Position numbers and translations under genes: made by a program. Shown here piece after piece: positions 35,050 through 38,957 of a DNA stretch of 38,957 nucleotides. Source of the DNA: a virus (lineage: Duplodnaviria > Caudoviricetes). The stretch covers positions 1 through 38,957 of IMG/VR virus record IMGVR_UViG_3300037309_000309, one strand, 5' to 3'. Numbering within the stretch: the stretch's first letter is position 1; every line of letters starts with the position of its first letter. The notes under the pieces are model-generated. The model searched no databases, was not told the DNA's origin, and was given only the letters and a program-made list of their open reading frames with translations.

Positions 35050-37289
35050 GCGATCTCAAGGTCTCGCTCGTCCTGCAGCTCAAGAACCTGCTCGGGCGGA
35101 GGCTGAAGGATGTGCGCGGCGACGTGCGCGGGCTCAAGAAGGATGTCGAGGGCCTCTCCTCGGGTACGAAGGCCGCTGCGGGTAACCTGACGGTACTTGC
35201 CGGCCTGAGCAGAGTGGCGCTTGCCATCGGCGGGATCGGCGGCGCGATGAAGCTTACCGCCGGCAATGCGATCTCCTTCGAGAAGGCGATGGCGCAGGTC
35301 CGCAAGAAGGTGGACGGTGCTGACGATCCGGTCGTTTACGCCGCAATTGAAGCCGAGGTGAAGCGCATGGCGCTGGCCTATGGCATCGCGCAGACCGAGA
35401 TGGCGCAGCTCGTGGCCGAGGCCGGCGCCTCGGGCGTGGCGGTGAAGGATCTCGCCCAATTCATGAACGTCGCGGCGAAGGCGGCCGTCGGATGGGACAT
35501 GAGTGCCCAGGATGCGGCACAGGCGCTGGCGCAGATCAAGGCCGGCGCGCAGCTCACCACGGCCGAGATCGCGGAGCTCGCCGACAAGATCAATTATCTC
35601 GGCGACAGTTCGGCCGCGAAGGAGCGCGATATCGTCGACATGTTCCAGCGCGCCTCCGAGGCGGCGCGGGCGGCGGGATCGGATACGAACACGACATTGG
35701 CCTTTCTCACCGGCGCCCGGTCGATGGGCGTCGCGCCAGAAGTCGCCGCGCGCTGGTTTGGTGCGTTCACCTCGAAGCTGGTCAACCCGACGAAAAAAGG
35801 CACGGAGGCACTCAAGGGGCTCGGGCTCTCGTTCGACAAGGTGAAGGAGGGCATGGAGATCAAGCCTTTCGAAACCATGGTCGATGTTCTCGACAGGCTC
35901 AAAGACAGCGCCAAGCGCGCGGAATTCGCCAAGGATCTGTTCGGGCAGGAATGGTTCGACGAGACGCTCCGCGTGGCCGGCGGGCTGAAGGAAGTCCAGA
36001 AAGCCTATACGGGATTGCAGAACCCGGCGAATTTCCGGGGCTCGCTCGACAAAGGCCTCAAGATCGAGCTTGCAACCACCGCGAAACAGCTCGATCGGCT
36101 CAAGGTGCTGGTCTCGGATATTGGCGACCGTCTCGGCCGTTGGGCGCTGCCGCCCATCAATGCGGCGATCGAGAAGCTGATCGGCCTAATGGATCGGCTC
36201 AGCGGTGTCACGGAATACGACAAGCAGAAGCGCGCGGCCGACCAGACCATGAAGGCGGTCGCGGATTTCGAGCTGGGTGCGGCCGACAAGCGCAAGCAGG
36301 CGGAAAAGCTGGACGCCGACGCCAGGACGACGCGCGACCGGAAAGATCGCGCCACGCTCGAAGCGCGCGCGAAACGGGCACGGGAGGAAGCCGAAAAGCT
36401 GCAACAGCAGGCCGATGATGCGCGGGAACTCGGCCGCGCCGGTGCGTTGACGGCGCTATCCGGCCGGTCGGAAAAGCAGAACCCGAACGACACCGTCGCC
36501 AAGGTCGGTCGTGCTGTATCCAGCGCCTTGAATGACCCGCTTTCCGATCCTGAGGACGGTGAGACCGCCGATCGCCTGTTGCACAGACTTAACGCGCTCA
36601 ATTATGCGCGGAAGAAGCCCGAGCTGCAGGACAGGCAATTCCAGGATCGCATCCGCGCTGCGGAGCAAGTGCTGCGGGACAGGTTGGTTCTTTCCGGAGG
36701 CAATGTCGACAATACCGACGCCGCCAGGGAGGCTGCCGAGACCACCCGACGGGCGAGGGAAATCACAAGGCTGAAGGCCGAGATCGAGCAGAAGAGGACA
36801 TCTCTGGCCAATATCCCAGGGTCAAACCCGTTTGGTAGCAATAGTCAGCGCGAGAAGAGTGCGGGAAGGCGACAGGCTCTAGAAGCCGACATCCGCGCGC
36901 TCCAGCTCCAGCTGCAGGAACTTGAAGGAACAGCCGACAAGACGGGCGCCGCGGTCCGCGACAAGCTCACGCTCGACCTCACGTCCCAGGGCGCGAATGC
37001 CGGGGTCTCCTGGGCGGCGGGGCTGCGATCGGCCGCGCCAGCCGTGGCGGCGGCAGTGGCCGAGCTGCGCGCGCCGATCCTCACGCCCGCCGCGCCGATC
37101 GGCGGGGCCGGTCGGCCGGCAACCGGCGGGGGCGCGCGAACGCCCTCGGTCGCACCGAGCGTGCAGGTCGGCGGGATCACGATCAACGGCGCATCCGACC
37201 CCGAGCGCACGGCGCGGCTGGTGGAGCGGCGGCTCGCCTCGGCGGTGCGATCCGGCCTCACGGGCGCGCATCATGACGGGGTGGTGTGA
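35046..37289 (+). CDS. Tape measure protein (TP901-type)
   Basis: AISFEKAMAQVRK, LADKINYL, DLFGQE; long Ala-rich helical protein. Confidence 0.93.
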   Translation: MSDLKVSLVLQLKNLLGRRLKDVRGDVRGLKKDVEGLSSGTKAAAGNLTVLAGLSRVALAIGGIGGAMKLTAGNAISFEKAMAQVRKKVDGADDPVVYAAIEAEVKRMALAYGIAQTEMAQLVAEAGASGVAVKDLAQFMNVAAKAAVGWDMSAQDAAQALAQIKAGAQLTTAEIAELADKINYLGDSSAAKERDIVDMFQRASEAARAAGSDTNTTLAFLTGARSMGVAPEVAARWFGAFTSKLVNPTKKGTEALKGLGLSFDKVKEGMEIKPFETMVDVLDRLKDSAKRAEFAKDLFGQEWFDETLRVAGGLKEVQKAYTGLQNPANFRGSLDKGLKIELATTAKQLDRLKVLVSDIGDRLGRWALPPINAAIEKLIGLMDRLSGVTEYDKQKRAADQTMKAVADFELGAADKRKQAEKLDADARTTRDRKDRATLEARAKRAREEAEKLQQQADDARELGRAGALTALSGRSEKQNPNDTVAKVGRAVSSALNDPLSDPEDGETADRLLHRLNALNYARKKPELQDRQFQDRIRAAEQVLRDRLVLSGGNVDNTDAAREAAETTRRAREITRLKAEIEQKRTSLANIPGSNPFGSNSQREKSAGRRQALEADIRALQLQLQELEGTADKTGAAVRDKLTLDLTSQGANAGVSWAAGLRSAAPAVAAAVAELRAPILTPAAPIGGAGRPATGGGARTPSVAPSVQVGGITINGASDPERTARLVERRLASAVRSGLTGAHHDGVV

Positions 37290-37711
37290 TGGCCTTCCTC
37301 GCGCTCGGCCCCAACATCTTCTCGGTGCTGCCGGTGACGCTCGGGCGGCTCTCCCGCCAGACGAAATCGAACTGGGCGGCGATTCCCCGCTTCGGCGGCG
37401 AGGTCGCGCGGCAATTCACCGGCCATGGCGAACACATGATCCGGCTCGAAGGGCTGGTCTTCAACGCGCATTTCGGCGGGTTCGAGCGCTACGAAGCCTT
37501 GCGCGCGACCCAGCTTGCGGCGCAGCCCGTGCCGCTGATCGGGATGAGCGCGGGGCTTGTCGGCACGGTCTACGGACTCGTCGTGATCCTTTCGGTCTCC
37601 GACGCGCAGGAATATCTCGATCGCGAGACCGGGATCGGCAAGAAGCTCGCCTTCGACGTCGAGGTCGCTCCGTTCGGCGGCGAAGGCCCGCTCGGAGGGC
37701 TGTTCGGATGA
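37286..37711 (+). CDS. gpU-like tail protein
   Basis: LALG..F..W..IPR.G..QFTG.G..I.L.G. Confidence 0.88.
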   Translation: MMAFLALGPNIFSVLPVTLGRLSRQTKSNWAAIPRFGGEVARQFTGHGEHMIRLEGLVFNAHFGGFERYEALRATQLAAQPVPLIGMSAGLVGTVYGLVVILSVSDAQEYLDRETGIGKKLAFDVEVAPFGGEGPLGGLFG

Positions 37712-37935
37712 GGATCGCGGCGACGCTGATGGTGGAGGGCGAGGGCATCGCGCTCGATGCGCTCGTTTTCGACGCCACGGGCCGCGAGGACCTGGTCCCG
37801 CTCGTGCTCGATGCCAATCCGGGCCTTGCCCGGCTCGGTCCGATCCTGCCGCCGGGAACGGAGGTGACGATCCCCGAGGCCGCGCCGGCGGCCGATGTGC
37901 CGGTGATCGCGACCGTGAAGCTCTGGGACGAGTGA
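37708..37935 (+). CDS. Tail protein X (LysM-like)
   Basis: VLDANPGLA.LGPILP.GT.V.IP..VKLWD. Confidence 0.9.
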   Translation: MRIAATLMVEGEGIALDALVFDATGREDLVPLVLDANPGLARLGPILPPGTEVTIPEAAPAADVPVIATVKLWDE

Positions 37936-38957
37936 TGACCTGCTTCACCCCGATTCTCATCATCTCGGGCGCCTCGCCGCTGTTCTACGTCCGGCTCCTC
38001 AAGGCGACGATCCGCGACGAGGAGGGGCAGAAAGCCGATACGCTGACGATCGAGCTCGATGATCGCGGCAACGTGATCCGGAGACCGAAAGACGGCACGA
38101 AGCTCAAGGTCCAGCTCGGCTATCGGGAGACGGGCCTTGTCGAGATCGGCACGTTCGAGGTGCATGGCTCCGAGATCAGGGGCGAAGCGGGCGAGGGTGA
38201 GTTCGTCATCATCCAGGCCAAGGGCACGAGCCTTGCGACGGCACGCAAGCTGAAGGAAACGGGCAGCGAGAGCTTTCCGGAAGGCGCAACGCTCGGTTCG
38301 ATCGCCGGCGAGATCGCGGGGCGGAACGGGCTCAGCCTGCGCATCGCCGGCGCGCTCGGCTCGGTGGCCTACCCGGACGGCGCCTATCGCCACCAGCAAT
38401 CGGACCTCGATTTTCTCGGCCGGCTGGTGGAGCGCGCGAACGGGCTGATGAAGGTGCAGGGCGATGTGCTCGCGATTGCCGAGCGCGGTTCGGGCCAGAG
38501 CGCGGGCGGCAAGGGTCTGCCGCCGATCCTGATCGCCAAGGCCGATTGCAAGGGCTGGAGCCATACACCAGGCGACCGGCCGACCTATGGCAAGGTGACC
38601 GGCAGCTGGATCGACCAGAAGACCGGCAAGAAGAAAGTCGAGACGCGCGAGACCGGCCTTGAAGGCCCGCTTTTCGGGCTGCGCGAGCCGTTCAAGACCG
38701 AGACCGAAGCGAAAAAGGCCGTCGAGGCGAAGGCCAAGGAGCTCTCCCGCAAGAGCGGGGAGGTGCAGTTCACCGTTCGGGGAACGGCCATCGGCGGGGC
38801 GGGAAGCGACATCATCGCCTCGGGCTTCCGCCCGGAGATCAACGGCGCCTGGCGCGCGAAGGCCGTGGAACACCAGATCACAAACGGCCCCTCGGGCGGC
38901 TGGATCACGAAATTCGAGGGCACCGCGCCCGAGGGAGGGAAGAAGCAGAAGGCGTGA
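37932..38957 (+). CDS. gpD/late control D baseplate hub
   Basis: DEEGQKADTL.IELDD, LGY, QSDLDFL.RL, G.W....VEH. Confidence 0.92.
   Translation: MMTCFTPILIISGASPLFYVRLLKATIRDEEGQKADTLTIELDDRGNVIRRPKDGTKLKVQLGYRETGLVEIGTFEVHGSEIRGEAGEGEFVIIQAKGTSLATARKLKETGSESFPEGATLGSIAGEIAGRNGLSLRIAGALGSVAYPDGAYRHQQSDLDFLGRLVERANGLMKVQGDVLAIAERGSGQSAGGKGLPPILIAKADCKGWSHTPGDRPTYGKVTGSWIDQKTGKKKVETRETGLEGPLFGLREPFKTETEAKKAVEAKAKELSRKSGEVQFTVRGTAIGGAGSDIIASGFRPEINGAWRAKAVEHQITNGPSGGWITKFEGTAPEGGKKQKA

Larger units (their letters stand above)
1..38957. mobile_element. Mu-like transposable prophage with P2-type contractile tail (ends not in window)
   Basis: Repressor/ner/MuA/MuB/gam/gemA/mor early region, Mu gp27-30/I/T head genes, V-W-J-I-H and sheath-tube-E-T-U-X-D tail genes. 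Confidence 0.96.

Noticed and set aside
1-38957. Mu attL/attR ends and a mom/com module
   Set aside because: Window starts and ends at stop codons, so the termini lie outside and cannot be assessed

Overview
The whole window is a near-complete, high-GC Mu-like transposable prophage, probably from an alphaproteobacterium (inferred from gene content). The att ends are not visible; the window runs from the repressor stop codon to the gpD stop codon. Gene order is: CI-like repressor (-), then ner, ParB-like, MuA, MuB, a DnaA domain IV protein, gam and gemA. Next come an inserted cassette (reverse-strand membrane protein, C4-type antisense RNA, ORF6N antirepressor), an MT-A70 methyltransferase and a Mor/C-like activator. 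The late region holds lysis genes, Mu-type packaging and head genes, and a P2-type contractile tail with a beta-helix spike candidate. Most notable signals: (1) a MuF protein with a predicted C-terminal nuclease extension, no immunity ORF, a compact four-way-junction RNA right after its stop, and an RBS-sequestering hairpin before it; (2) a C4-like cloverleaf RNA with complementary target boxes; (3) three copies of an 18-bp palindrome marking likely late promoters; (4) accessory genes flanked by direct repeats of gene junctions; (5) a -1 frameshift in the tail chaperone. All family calls come from motif and synteny recognition, not database searches.
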